Shown piece after piece: positions 10,036 to 20,517 of a stretch of 64,000 nt of DNA (position 1 is the stretch's first letter; the number at the start of each line of letters is the position of its first letter). The translations under genes and the position numbers were made by a program. The notes below the pieces were generated by a model. That model did no database searches, was not told the DNA's origin, and was given only the letters and a program-made list of their open reading frames with translations. This DNA is from an uncultured Chlamydiae bacterium (GTDB taxonomy: Bacteria; Chlamydiota; Chlamydiia; Chlamydiales; Parachlamydiaceae). The stretch spans positions 64,001 to 128,000 of the forward strand of contig CAWHMU010000042.1 of assembly GCA_963830365.1 (NCBI GenBank). Direction: 5' to 3'.

Positions 10036-11147
10036 TTGGTGTTTGTCAGCATTTCATTGATTTTGCCGGCGAGGGGGGCTGAATTCCATAAGCCGTCGTT
10101 ATGACCTTCAGCAATGCCAATGAAGCATTTGTTCTGTTTTGGGCAATCATTATCTTCCATTAGGTGCTTGGCTAGGGTGGCTTCGGCTGGGATGACGCCG
10201 TCGTTTCTACTAATTAAATCGGGACGATTGGAAATATCTACGTATTTTCCTTTGGGAACCGCGGCCGTCTGCATGATGATCTCAGGAGCTTTCAACTGTT
10301 TTGATGATGCCATGGTAGTGATATTCCAGCCGAGCAGCTTTACCAATAAACCGACGGGACGAGCGACGATCTTTGCTGCCACTGTGCTGAGATCGGAAAA
10401 GGTGCGGCTTTTGACAAAGACGTATTTGATCCCATCTTTCAGGAGGTGAGCATTCAAAGCCTCGCCTTGAATGGCGGCGCCGATGGAATGGCCATAGCCG
10501 ATGATGACTTTGGCGCCGATACCCAGCTTTTGATCTTCCAGGAAGGCTAACACGGCGCGGTAAGCTTTAGCCATCGCCTGCCTGTTTGGCAGGCCGGAGC
10601 TTGAACCCACGCCTGGATAATTGAATAGGATGGCATTGCCATCGACGTGGGTTAAAATTTGCTTGAACGAGGCGTCGCTTAAGTTGTCTTCATAAAACTC
10701 ACCATTGCCGTTTGAGGCTAGCAGCCAGCGGCCGTTGCCAAGGGTTGAGGCTCTTCCCATAATGGCAGCATCGATTTTATAGCCGTCCACTTCAATCATC
10801 AGGCGTTTTACTTTCCAATCGCTCTGTAAGTTGACGGCTTTGCGGCTGTCATCGGCATGGGTTGGTTCGTATCCTAAAAGGCTTGGCTTGGATGCCGGCA
10901 CGATAATTTTCCCTCCAAGGGAATGCAGCAGGCGGTAGATGCCGATGGGGAAAATGATGACGGATAAGATGTCTTTAACGCAGCGCCAAACTTTGGTTTC
11001 TGTATCGTATCGATAGGCCGGGGATTTTAATGTTTCAGAGGAAGCCAGTTCGTCTTTGGTCGCTTTGGGATAATCTATTTGATTATAAAAAGCCTGAGGT
11101 CCTGTCAACACCCGGTTTATCGGCAGATCGTTAAATGACATATACAT
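10032..11147 (-). CDS. Chlamydial CHLPS/CPn0927-type alpha/beta hydrolase-fold protein
   Basis: NGNGEFYE, FNYPGVGSS, GYGHSIG, KSRTFSDL motifs typical of this chlamydial family. Confidence 0.75.
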   Translation of the reverse strand: MYMSFNDLPINRVLTGPQAFYNQIDYPKATKDELASSETLKSPAYRYDTETKVWRCVKDILSVIIFPIGIYRLLHSLGGKIIVPASKPSLLGYEPTHADDSRKAVNLQSDWKVKRLMIEVDGYKIDAAIMGRASTLGNGRWLLASNGNGEFYEDNLSDASFKQILTHVDGNAILFNYPGVGSSSGLPNRQAMAKAYRAVLAFLEDQKLGIGAKVIIGYGHSIGAAIQGEALNAHLLKDGIKYVFVKSRTFSDLSTVAAKIVARPVGLLVKLLGWNITTMASSKQLKAPEIIMQTAAVPKGKYVDISNRPDLISRNDGVIPAEATLAKHLMEDNDCPKQNKCFIGIAEGHNDGLWNSAPLAGKINEMLTNTN

Positions 11148-11356
11148 GCTCCGTAGCTAGATGGATTGTTTCTTTTATTAAGTATTATATCATAAAAATG
11201 TTAAGAAATTATAAATTGATGGGTTTTTGTCAATCAACAGTATACCATGATCTAGTGAGAATTTGACATATTGGACAGCGCGAAAGCTCCCGCGGTTGCA
11301 TGATCGTAAGAGTCATGTTCACCTTCACAGAAAAACCTTCGGTCACGATAAATCTA

Positions 11357-11428
11357 TTCTCTCTGTGCTCTCCGTTACTCTGTGTTTCAAAAAAATCAAA
11401 CACAGAGGCACAGAGAGCACGGAGGGAA
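11357..11428. repeat. CACAGAG-family palindrome (dispersed copy)
   Basis: ctctgtgctctccgttactctgtgtttcaaa...aaacacagaggcacagagagcacggag; same arms as the 61388-63626 array. Confidence 0.85.
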
Positions 11429-11458
11429 AACTTGTCCGGTTGGGTGAACAACGCCATC

Positions 11459-11637
11459 GTAAGTTCTCAAAAACTCATGGCACAGCTTTCGGCAGCATGG
11501 CTTGAGGTCAGGCTTGCGATTTGCGATTTGAAAGAAGTCTGGCTTTCTAATGCCCTGTAGGACTTTCAAATCACAAATCACAAGGCAGACCCCAATTCTT
11601 AAGTCACCACCTTTGCCATGAGTTTTTGAGAACTTAC
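11459..11637. mobile_element. MITE-like element with 24-bp perfect terminal inverted repeats
   Basis: gtaagttctcaaaaactcatggca / tgccatgagtttttgagaacttac; inner inverted heptamer runs; partial homolog near 21435-21497; no clear TSD. Confidence 0.7.
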
Positions 11638-11705
11638 TACCAATCTATAGTGCAGGCATCAGCCGCTAAATAATTTCAACTAGATGCTGGGATACATACG
11701 TTCCT

Positions 11706-12317
11706 TCAAAAAATATTTTTTATTGAAAGAGCGATGATCACGAAGAATATAACGGTTACCAATGCAGCTAGATAACCCAGCAGCACAAAGGCACCGTCAT
11801 CTTCCAACAAGCCTAAGGCGATAAAAAAAATGGACCAGGCCGCTGCCAGATTGGTGAGGGGAATAGGCAAAGGCAAAGCCAGAAAGATGCCCAGCATAAA
11901 AATGGTTAGGCCGTTGGTACTTTGCATGGGCGATGAATGACATATCCAGCTTAGGCGGGGATGGATCCAGCCTTTCATTTTTCTTAGTATGCGAAGCGCT
12001 TTGTCGGTGATTTTCTGCAGCGTTTCGGCGGTGATGGTTTTGGAGAGAACTGCCTTTGGCAGCCAGGTATACTTGCCAAACACCATTCTCAGACCAACAA
12101 AAGCGATAGTCAGACCGAAAGGCGTTGACAAACCAGGAATTTGGATAGGCTGGCAAAAAGGCAAACTCAAAAAGATGAGGATCAAAGCCCGCCCTTTACC
12201 CGAAAGTCGCTGCAAGATCTCTTTAATGGAGATAGGCGCAGATTTTGCCTCCTGCTGCAAAAGCAAAATCTCTTCTTCCAAGGGTCTGAAGGTTTCAATT
12301 TTTTTCATCGGATGCAA
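11706..12317 (-). CDS. ExoD-family exopolysaccharide synthesis membrane protein
   Basis: LPFCQPIQIPGLSTPFG, LALPLPIPLTN, GLLEDDG motifs. Confidence 0.85.
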   Translation of the reverse strand: MHPMKKIETFRPLEEEILLLQQEAKSAPISIKEILQRLSGKGRALILIFLSLPFCQPIQIPGLSTPFGLTIAFVGLRMVFGKYTWLPKAVLSKTITAETLQKITDKALRILRKMKGWIHPRLSWICHSSPMQSTNGLTIFMLGIFLALPLPIPLTNLAAAWSIFFIALGLLEDDGAFVLLGYLAALVTVIFFVIIALSIKNIF

Positions 12318-12330
12318 TCGGGCTTGCCTT

Positions 12331-13821
12331 TTAAATGCCGAAGAAGGCCATGATTTTGGCTGTCAGCTGCTTCTTGCGTTCCTCCGTCAGGCGGAGTTCC
12401 TCTTCTGTCTTTGTCTTATGCACATCAAGGGCCATCTGACGGGAGGCTAAGACATCGCTTATATTTGTAAGGACCGCTGGGTTGGACTTGAAGACGACCA
12501 TCATGTCGCGTTTTTCGATCTCATAGCAAACGGTGTCGGTCAAGGCCTTGACAGTGGCTGAGCGTGGGGCTCCGGTCAATAGGGACATTTCGCCGAAGAA
12601 CTGCCTGGATTTAAGTTTTGCCACTTCAGTTTCTACCCCGCCTTCAATTTTTAATATAATGCTGCATTCTCCCTCTTTAATGACGTACATAGGGCCGGGT
12701 TCATCGCCCTGGCGGACGATGGTTTCTCCTGCGGCAAACTGCAGTACGGCAAGCGTCGGTATGAATTCCTTTTTAACTTCAGGGGAAAGGCCGGCAAAGA
12801 TATCGATCTTGGAAAGGATATCATCCATAATTTCTTCTTCATCGGCCCGTTCCAGTTGTTGTTTTTCTTTGGCGTCGCCGGCTAAGATCTCTAAGCTTTC
12901 ATAAATTGGAAAGGGGATTTTTATACCCTCGCGGTGGAATTTGTACCAGATCGCACTTAGCAAATCAGATTTGACCCAGCCTTCGAATTCAAAATTCGGT
13001 GTTGTAAATGTAGCTTTATAAACGATGGACGAATCGCCGTATTTGGCGATTCGAACAAGCGGTGGAGGATTTGAGACGATCTTTGGATGCTCTAGCATGA
13101 TGGATAATAAGGCCTGTTTAACTTTATGTGGGGGGTGATCGAAGCTGGCCATTATTTCGATAGAGCCTTTATGGCTGATCGTGGGGCGGGAGAAATTTAT
13201 AAGCACGGACTTTGAGATTGTGCTGTTGGGGATGAAGACCATTTCCTGTGATCTTGTCAGTATTCGGGTTGATTTCCACGTTATCCCTTGGACAGTGCCT
13301 TCGACGTTGGCTACGCCTATCCAGTCTCCAATTTGATATGGGTGTTCAAGCTGTATGGCCAAACCTGAAATAAGGTTTCCTAGAGTGTCCTGCATGGCAA
13401 AGCCGATGACGGCGGTCAATATGGCAGAGGTCGTCAATAAAGAGCCGATATTGATATCGGTTTTTTGTTTTATGACAACCATTGCAATGATGACAAAGAC
13501 AAGGCCGAGTCCGAAATCTCTTGTGATGGTGGGAATGTTAAGGCCACGTCTCTGTCGCATGAAATAATCAAGCGCTATATAGACAACGAACCGCACAATG
13601 AACATCCAGGCGACAATGATGGCGGCAATTTCCAGTGATGTCGCCGTATTTTCAATCTTTGCATATGCAAAGATCAATGCAGATATCTTTAAAAGAAAAT
13701 ATAAAATTATCAGTCCGAATGGTATCTCTGGCAGCTTGCTCAAAGGTCTTTTTGCCAAGGCGACATAGGCGCCAAAGATCAGCGTTAGTGCTATATACAA
13801 TGTTAAGCGTGTGAAATCCAC
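12331..13821 (-). CDS. MscS mechanosensitive channel fused to a cNMP-binding domain
   Basis: GFAMQDTLGNLISG MscS signature; C-terminal FFGEMSLLTGAPRSATV cNMP motif. Confidence 0.9.
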   Translation of the reverse strand: MDFTRLTLYIALTLIFGAYVALAKRPLSKLPEIPFGLIILYFLLKISALIFAYAKIENTATSLEIAAIIVAWMFIVRFVVYIALDYFMRQRRGLNIPTITRDFGLGLVFVIIAMVVIKQKTDINIGSLLTTSAILTAVIGFAMQDTLGNLISGLAIQLEHPYQIGDWIGVANVEGTVQGITWKSTRILTRSQEMVFIPNSTISKSVLINFSRPTISHKGSIEIMASFDHPPHKVKQALLSIMLEHPKIVSNPPPLVRIAKYGDSSIVYKATFTTPNFEFEGWVKSDLLSAIWYKFHREGIKIPFPIYESLEILAGDAKEKQQLERADEEEIMDDILSKIDIFAGLSPEVKKEFIPTLAVLQFAAGETIVRQGDEPGPMYVIKEGECSIILKIEGGVETEVAKLKSRQFFGEMSLLTGAPRSATVKALTDTVCYEIEKRDMMVVFKSNPAVLTNISDVLASRQMALDVHKTKTEEELRLTEERKKQLTAKIMAFFGI

Positions 13822-13941
13822 CTGGCTTTATCCCTTATGCGTTTTTCTGGATTATACTTATTTTACAGTGATTGTCATGGAAATTTTATAAGTTATAAGC
13901 CGTAGATCATAAAAAGGTTCAGAATTTGGCGGTAAGGACTA

Positions 13942-14033
13942 GGTTCATCCGGTTTTGTAGGACTCAAAATCTTGCACCGCTGCCGCGCGGTAGCGGTGTA
14001 AGAGGTTTTGAGTCCTACAAAACCGGATAAGCC
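13942..14033. repeat. 92-bp near-perfect hairpin, MITE-like
   Basis: ggttcatccggttttgtaggactcaaaa...ttttgagtcctacaaaaccggataagcc; a single-arm copy lies at 30068-30089. Confidence 0.8.
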
Positions 14034-14169
14034 TATTCATTAATTTGAAATTTCGACAGCAGCTTTATATAGTCTTAATACTTATTAGCTATGATAATTG
14101 AAGAAAAGCTGTTATGTTTCATGGTGTTGAATTGTTTGTTGTTGATATTATTATAAAGGGAGGTCTTAG

Positions 14170-15330
14170 ATGAATAGGCTTAAGTCCATCATTTTCTGTG
14201 GGATATCATTGACGTTTTCCTGGCTTGCGGCCACTGAATTTACCATTAGCACCTACAATTGCGGCGGCCTTTCTGACCACTATGATTACTTGCGCGCCAG
14301 CGCGATGCAAAAGGTCATGCAAGAAAGGTATATTGCAGAACCTGAAAGCATGTCCCTGAATGAGAAAATTCAGAAGCTGGCCTTGAAAATTTTATTTACA
14401 GAGAATACAGATGACAAGTTTGCGGCACAACAGGAATGGGATCAAAAAGGATACCAGCATCTTTTTGAACACCTGACAGCTACACCAACTGCGGCCGGTA
14501 GTCCGAATGCAGTATGGAATCAAAGAGTTGACGAAGCCATCACTTCCTACCAGATCCGCCCCGTTGTCATCCACGACGCAGAAATCAATCAAATGCTTGC
14601 AGACCATCTGTCCGATATGACAAAGAACGATGCTGCCGATTCAGCTCAGCTATTACAAGAGGCACGCGCCATCATGGCTAGGCGGATTTTTGCGCACCAG
14701 CTGAAATATGACATCATCTGTCTGCAGGAAGCCGATTATCTTGAGGCGGCGATGTTTCCAACACGCTATGAAGTCTTGTTGGCAGAAACTTCTCATTCCA
14801 AAAATGGCATCGCCTGGAATAAAACACGCTTTGAACTGGTCGAAACGCTTGGAAATATCATGGGTAGGGCCTTTGCCGTCAAATTGCGCGATAAAGACAG
14901 TGGCAAAACACTTTTAGTGGCTTCAGGACATATTACAGGATGTAATCCCTATCGGATCGAGAGATCTCCAAAGACAGGTGTGAGTGATTCTGCTAAAGGC
15001 GATGGCGAACTGCAAACAGTGGTGGAATTGTTTGATACGCAAGCAGCTGATCTGATGCTAGTGGCCATGGATTCCAACGTGACCGCATTGCATCCCCGCC
15101 TAAATATTCTTAAGGATGCCGGCTATAAGCTCGATTATGAGAATTATTTGGAGCCCACATGTACCAATCCCCACCAGGTGCTGAACACGCGCATTGATTG
15201 GATTGCGCTGAAATCAAATCCGGGAATTCAGGCTTCGGTGGTTAATATCCCAGTTTTAAACGTCGGTTTAAATAGCATGCAAACCAATATCAGCGACCAC
15301 AAGCCCATCGCGGCCCGCATAAAATACTAA
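14170..15330 (+). CDS. Exported endonuclease/exonuclease/phosphatase (EEP) family protein
   Basis: STYN, DIICLQEA, MDSN, RIDWI, SDH motifs; signal peptide. Confidence 0.8.
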   Translation: MNRLKSIIFCGISLTFSWLAATEFTISTYNCGGLSDHYDYLRASAMQKVMQERYIAEPESMSLNEKIQKLALKILFTENTDDKFAAQQEWDQKGYQHLFEHLTATPTAAGSPNAVWNQRVDEAITSYQIRPVVIHDAEINQMLADHLSDMTKNDAADSAQLLQEARAIMARRIFAHQLKYDIICLQEADYLEAAMFPTRYEVLLAETSHSKNGIAWNKTRFELVETLGNIMGRAFAVKLRDKDSGKTLLVASGHITGCNPYRIERSPKTGVSDSAKGDGELQTVVELFDTQAADLMLVAMDSNVTALHPRLNILKDAGYKLDYENYLEPTCTNPHQVLNTRIDWIALKSNPGIQASVVNIPVLNVGLNSMQTNISDHKPIAARIKY

Positions 15331-15345
15331 AATATGCTTAAATCG

Positions 15346-15555
15346 GGGTCATCGCACAAACGAGTACCTGGCAGCAAAAATATTGTCACAAAAGCCTTTT
15401 ATTTCTTATCTGTGCGTCTGTGTCTCTGTGGTGAATTGCTTTGCAACTGACAGATTAATAGGGACATAGCACTGTAACAAGATTCACCACAGAGACACAG
15501 AGGCAGAGAGAAAACCAGGATGTATCTCTTTACGTACTCATTTGTTTGATGAACC
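15346..15555. mobile_element. ISL3-derived MITE carrying a CACAGAG palindrome
   Basis: Ends gggtcatcgcacaaacgagtacc / gtactcatttgtttgatgaacc resemble the ISL3 ends at 48030 and 50691; flanks ttaaatcg / ttaaatct (7 of 8 match). Confidence 0.8.
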
Positions 15556-15614
15556 TTAAATCTTTGTTGTTAAAAAAACTTTTAACCCATAAAGATTAAG
15601 GAGAGTCAATCTTT

Positions 15615-16079
15615 ATGCAAAAGGAGCCCTGTATGCCAAATAAAAACCATGCCCCTACCTGGATTGTCGTCGCCGACAACTGCCAGGCTAGAATCTATCG
15701 CCTAGTGAAATTTCCTAAGATTGAAGAAATATCCTTTCATCAGCATCCTGAAAGCCGTTTGCATAACCAAGATTTGGTCTCTTCAAAACCCGGTCGCAGC
15801 ATGCAGCGCGGCGGCACGGTTCGATATTCTTTTGAGCCGGAAACAGAACCAAGACGTCTGGAAGCTGCCAAATTCGCCACCTATCTGGCCAATTTCCTGT
15901 CCTTGGCGGAGAAAAATGGCGAATTCAACCGCCTTTATGTCATGGCCGAACCTTCATTTCTCGGCATATTCCGTCAGCACATCAGTCCTGACATCCAGAA
16001 ACTGATTGTGGCCGAAGTGGCCAAGGAATTCACCTCCTGCGATATGGCAACCATCGAGCATCAGCTTTCCGTGATGTGA
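15615..16079 (+). CDS. Host attachment protein (baeRF12/AtsE-like)
   Basis: TWIVVADNCQARIY, DLVSSKPGR, AEPSFLG motifs. Confidence 0.8.
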   Translation: MQKEPCMPNKNHAPTWIVVADNCQARIYRLVKFPKIEEISFHQHPESRLHNQDLVSSKPGRSMQRGGTVRYSFEPETEPRRLEAAKFATYLANFLSLAEKNGEFNRLYVMAEPSFLGIFRQHISPDIQKLIVAEVAKEFTSCDMATIEHQLSVM

Positions 16080-16132
16080 TTTATCAAGCGCGGCTAGGCG
16101 CGCTTAATTTCTTTTGACAGGGAAGGTTTTTA

Positions 16133-18073
16133 ATGGTTGCTGCTGCACAGGAAAAAGCTAAGGCACCTTCAGTCGGCGTAGAGGGCTATATCGCCATTTT
16201 GGCTTTGTTGAGCATTTTGGCGCATTTAGTGCTGCGGTATTTATTTCCTGCGCTGCAAATATATTCCCTCTATCCTCTTTATCTGACGCTGGCAGTCGGT
16301 GGCGGCATCCTTGTCTTTGATCTTTTAGGCAAGTTATTGGCTTTTGAATTCAATTCCGATTTGCTGGCCGGCATCTCCATCATCACCTCCATCCTGCTGA
16401 GTGAATATTTGGCAGGGTCATTGGTGGTGCTGATGCTTTCGGGCGGGAAAACCATTGAAAGCTATGCTATCAGGTCGGCATCCAGGATGCTTGAGGAGCT
16501 GGCAAAGCGCGCGCCCACGACGGCCCACCGCAAGCAGCAGGAGGGTATCGAAGATATCGCTGTGGAAGCCATTTCCATTGGGGACAGCATCCTGATATTT
16601 CCGCACGAAATCTGCCCGGTGGATGGCGAAGTGCTTACCGGCAATGGCGTGATGGATGAGTCGTACCTGACAGGCGAACCCTTTCTCATTTCAAAAGCCC
16701 CCGGTTCGGAAGTCCTTTCCGGCGCTATCAATGGTGACGCTTCGCTGACAATCAAAGCCACCAAATTGGCCCAAGATTCTCGTTATGCCAAAATCATGCA
16801 GGTGATGTCGGAATCGGCCCAGAAGCGCCCGCGCATGCGGCGCCTTGCCGACCAGTTGGGGGCTTGGTATACACTGGTAGCAGTCGCCATTGCTGTGGTG
16901 GCCTGGTTTTTTAGCGGTGACGCGGTGCGTTTTTTGGCCGTGCTGGTGATAGCGACACCTTGTCCGCTGTTGATCGGCATACCGGTGGCCATCATTGGAT
17001 CGATTTCGCTATGTGCCAAAAGGGGGATTTTAATTAAAAATCCGATCGTGCTTGAACAGATAAGCCAATGCCGGACGATGATTTTCGACAAGACAGGCAC
17101 GCTGACCTATGGCAAGCCGACCTTGACGGAGCAGACCGTCTATGGAAAAAGCCGTCCGCAGGACATTTTAAAGCTTGTCGCCAGTATGGAAAGATATTCC
17201 AAACACCCGCTGGCAGGGGCGATTCTGGCACAGGCTAAAGCAGAGGAGATCCGGCTGATTGATGTCAGGCAAATCAGTGAGAAGAAAGGGGCTGGCCTGC
17301 AAGCCGCTGTGAATGGGCACGAAGTCGCCATCACCAGCCGCAAGCAGCTGGCTAAATTCGGTTTGGAAAAAGATGCCGCCATGCTGCCGCAGGGGGGGGG
17401 GCTTGAATGTGTTATTATTGTCGACGGAGGTTTGGCGGCGCATTACCGTTTTCGGGATGCTCCGCGGGCTGAGAGTGAGTTATTCATACGGCACTTGCGG
17501 CCTAAGCATGGGATAAAAAAAACCATGATCATCTCGGGCGATCGCGAAGAGGAGGTGAAGTATCTGGCTGAGCATGTCGGCATCTCCGAAGTCTATGCCG
17601 GCAAAAGCCCTGAGGAAAAAGTCGAGCTGGTAGCCAAAGAAACGCGGCAGGCCAAAACAGCCTATCTCGGCGATGGCATCAATGATGCCCCTGCCCTGCT
17701 GGCGGCGACGGTTGGGATAGCCTTTGGACGCAATAGCGATATTACAGCGGAGGCCGCAGGGGCTGTTATTATGGACAGCAGCTTGGAAAAGGTCGATGAA
17801 TTTCTGCATATCAGCAAGCGCATGCGCACGGTAGCCCTGCAGAGTGCGCTTGGCGGCATGGGGCTGTCGGTGTTAGGCATGTTTATCGCCGCCTTGGGCT
17901 TTCTTTCACCGGTGGCAGGAGCCATCAGCCAAGAGGTTATCGATGTGCTGGCCGTGCTGAATTCATTAAGGACGATATGGCAGCCGGCCATCATGAGCGA
18001 TATACCGAGGGTGGAAGAAGCACAGCAAGGCACTGTGGGGGTAAATAACAATAAAAACGGTGAAATTGCATGA
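16133..18073 (+). CDS. Heavy-metal translocating P1B-type ATPase
   Basis: TGE, TPCPL, DKTGTLT, SKHPLA, GDGINDAPAL motifs; no N-terminal metal-binding domain. Confidence 0.92.
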   Translation: MVAAAQEKAKAPSVGVEGYIAILALLSILAHLVLRYLFPALQIYSLYPLYLTLAVGGGILVFDLLGKLLAFEFNSDLLAGISIITSILLSEYLAGSLVVLMLSGGKTIESYAIRSASRMLEELAKRAPTTAHRKQQEGIEDIAVEAISIGDSILIFPHEICPVDGEVLTGNGVMDESYLTGEPFLISKAPGSEVLSGAINGDASLTIKATKLAQDSRYAKIMQVMSESAQKRPRMRRLADQLGAWYTLVAVAIAVVAWFFSGDAVRFLAVLVIATPCPLLIGIPVAIIGSISLCAKRGILIKNPIVLEQISQCRTMIFDKTGTLTYGKPTLTEQTVYGKSRPQDILKLVASMERYSKHPLAGAILAQAKAEEIRLIDVRQISEKKGAGLQAAVNGHEVAITSRKQLAKFGLEKDAAMLPQGGGLECVIIVDGGLAAHYRFRDAPRAESELFIRHLRPKHGIKKTMIISGDREEEVKYLAEHVGISEVYAGKSPEEKVELVAKETRQAKTAYLGDGINDAPALLAATVGIAFGRNSDITAEAAGAVIMDSSLEKVDEFLHISKRMRTVALQSALGGMGLSVLGMFIAALGFLSPVAGAISQEVIDVLAVLNSLRTIWQPAIMSDIPRVEEAQQGTVGVNNNKNGEIA

Positions 18074-20517
18074 AAAGCGAACGTGAAAAGTCTTTTATTC
18101 TGTGGTTTGACGAGATCGGCATCGAAGATATCGGTCTCGTAGGGGGCAAAAATGCCTCTCTGGGCGAGATGCGGCGCAACCGGCAGATAAAGGTGAAAAT
18201 TCCGCCAGGTTTTGCCATTACTTCCTATGCCTACCGTTATGTACTTGAGAAGGCCGGCGTCCTGAAAGAACTGAAAGCCGCCCTGCATGGATTGCAGGTG
18301 AGCGATGAAAAAGCCCTGGAAAAGGCCGGAGAAAGGGCCCGCAAGATCATCATGGGATGCGAGCTGCCAAAAGAGTTGCAGGCTGCCATTGCCGAGGCCT
18401 ACCGCAAGTTGTCTATGCAAAGCAAGGTGGAAAATCTGGATGTCGCCGTGCGCTCTTCGGCGACTGCCGAAGACCTGCCGCAGACGAGTTTTGCCGGCCA
18501 GCAGGAGTCGTTCCTCAATATTTGCGGTTTGGAGCAGCTGCTGGCGGCATGCAAGAGCTGCTTTGCGTCATTGTTCACCAACCGCGCCATCGCCTACCGC
18601 GCGGAGAACAAATTCGACCATTTCAAGGTGTATTTGTCCATCGGCGTCCAGAAGATGATCCGCTCTGATTTAGCATCGGCAGGGGTCATTTTCACGCTGG
18701 ATACCGAGACCGGCTTCCGCGATGTCGTCTTTATCACGGGCAGCTATGGCCTTGGCGAAAGCGTGGTGCAGGGTGCCGTCAATCCCGATGAGTTTTATGT
18801 CTTCAAGCCAACGCTTAAGCAAGGATATAAGCCTTTGATCGACAAGCGCCTCGGCGATAAGGCCACCAAGATCATCTACACAAAAAATACCGCGCATCCG
18901 GTCAAGAAGGTCAAGACACGGCTGGCAGACCGAAAGACGTATTGCCTGACGGATGGCGAAGCCTTGCAGCTGGCCACATGGGCCGTGGCCGTCGAAGACC
19001 ACTACAGTAAGAAGTATGGCAGATGGACCCCTATGGATTTGGAGTGGGCCAAGGACGGACAGACGCAGGAGCTGTTTATTGTGCAAGCGCGGCCTGAGAC
19101 GGTGCAATCGCAGCGCAACCGCAATATCATCGAAAACTACAAGCTGCAGGAGAAGGGCAAGGTGCTGGTGCAGGGCAAGAGCGTAGGCAATAAGATTGCG
19201 CAAGGCAAAGCCCATGTCATCAAGGACGCCAAAGACATCGCAAAATTCAAAGCCGGCGAGATATTGGTCACCGAGATCACCGATCCCGACTGGGTGCCGA
19301 TCATGCGCATTGCTTCGGCTATTGTGACAAATAGGGGCGGGCGTACATCGCATGCGGCCATTGTCAGCCGCGAGCTCGGGTTGCCCTGCATCGTAGGGAC
19401 TAACGATGCCACGCAGGTGCTTAAGAATGGGCAAAAGATCACGGTCAGCTGTGCCGAGGGGGAGAAGGGGCTGGTCTATGACGGGCTGCTTAAGTACAAA
19501 GTCGAAAAGATCGATGTGCAGAAGGCGTCGAAGCCAAAGACCAAGGTGATGATCAATGTGGGCTATCCCGATGAAGCCTATGAACTCAGCTTTCTGCCAA
19601 ATGATGGCGTCGGCCTGGCCCGCGAGGAATTTTTGGTGACCGAATACATCCGCATCCATCCCATGGCGTTGGTGAAGTTCGATCAGGTAAAGGATGTCAA
19701 GACGCGGCGGGAGATCAATGCGCTGACAGCCGGCTATGCCGACAAAAGGCAGTATTTCGTCGACAAGCTTGCCATGGGCGTAGCCATTATCGCCGCCGCC
19801 TTTTATCCGAAAGACGTCATCTTGCGTTTCAGCGATTTCAAAACTAATGAATATGTGAATCTGATCGGCGGTAAATATTTCGAACCGAAGGAAGAAAACC
19901 CCATGCTTGGCTGGCGCGGGGCCTCCAGGTACTATAGTGCCGGTTATAAGGAGGGCTTTGCCTTGGAGTGCCAGGCCATTAAGAAAGTCAGGGAGGAGTT
20001 TGGACTGATCAATTTAAAGGTCATGATCCCCGTCTGCCGCACCGTGGCCGAAGGCAAAAAAGTCTTAAAGGTGATGAAGGACAATGGCCTTGTGCAGGGC
20101 AAAGACGGGTTGGAAGTCTATGTCATGTGCGAGATCCCGAGCAATGTGATCTTAGTCGACAAGTTTTGCGATATCTTCGACGGCTTCAGCATCGGCAGCA
20201 ACGACCTTACCCAAATGACGCTGGGTGTGGATCGCGACAGTGCGCTGGTGGCTGATATCTTCGATGAGCGCAATGAAGCCGTCACCCGCATGATCGCACA
20301 TGTCATTGCGAGTGCCAAAAAGCGCAAGCGCAAGATCGGCATCTGCGGCGATGCCCCGTCGACCTATCCGGAATTTGCCGAGTTCCTGGTGGATTGCGGC
20401 ATCGACAGCATCAGTTTAAGTCCCGATGCGGTAATCAGGACTCGCCTTGTCATCGCCAATCATGAAAAGAAACGCAAAGCAGCCAAGCCGAAGAAGGGGG
20501 AGCTATGGAAAAGTTGA
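18070..20517 (+). CDS. ppsA: Phosphoenolpyruvate synthase
   Basis: VGGKNASLGE, RSSATAEDLP, GGRTSHAAI phospho-His, EENPMLGWRG, SIGSNDLTQ. Confidence 0.95.
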   Translation: MKSEREKSFILWFDEIGIEDIGLVGGKNASLGEMRRNRQIKVKIPPGFAITSYAYRYVLEKAGVLKELKAALHGLQVSDEKALEKAGERARKIIMGCELPKELQAAIAEAYRKLSMQSKVENLDVAVRSSATAEDLPQTSFAGQQESFLNICGLEQLLAACKSCFASLFTNRAIAYRAENKFDHFKVYLSIGVQKMIRSDLASAGVIFTLDTETGFRDVVFITGSYGLGESVVQGAVNPDEFYVFKPTLKQGYKPLIDKRLGDKATKIIYTKNTAHPVKKVKTRLADRKTYCLTDGEALQLATWAVAVEDHYSKKYGRWTPMDLEWAKDGQTQELFIVQARPETVQSQRNRNIIENYKLQEKGKVLVQGKSVGNKIAQGKAHVIKDAKDIAKFKAGEILVTEITDPDWVPIMRIASAIVTNRGGRTSHAAIVSRELGLPCIVGTNDATQVLKNGQKITVSCAEGEKGLVYDGLLKYKVEKIDVQKASKPKTKVMINVGYPDEAYELSFLPNDGVGLAREEFLVTEYIRIHPMALVKFDQVKDVKTRREINALTAGYADKRQYFVDKLAMGVAIIAAAFYPKDVILRFSDFKTNEYVNLIGGKYFEPKEENPMLGWRGASRYYSAGYKEGFALECQAIKKVREEFGLINLKVMIPVCRTVAEGKKVLKVMKDNGLVQGKDGLEVYVMCEIPSNVILVDKFCDIFDGFSIGSNDLTQMTLGVDRDSALVADIFDERNEAVTRMIAHVIASAKKRKRKIGICGDAPSTYPEFAEFLVDCGIDSISLSPDAVIRTRLVIANHEKKRKAAKPKKGELWKS

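Noticed and set aside
17662..19659. Long antisense ORFs (252 and 329 aa) over the ATPase and ppsA, and similar shadows over groEL, murJ and lolC/E
   Set aside because: They are antisense shadows of well-supported genes and have no recognisable motifs.
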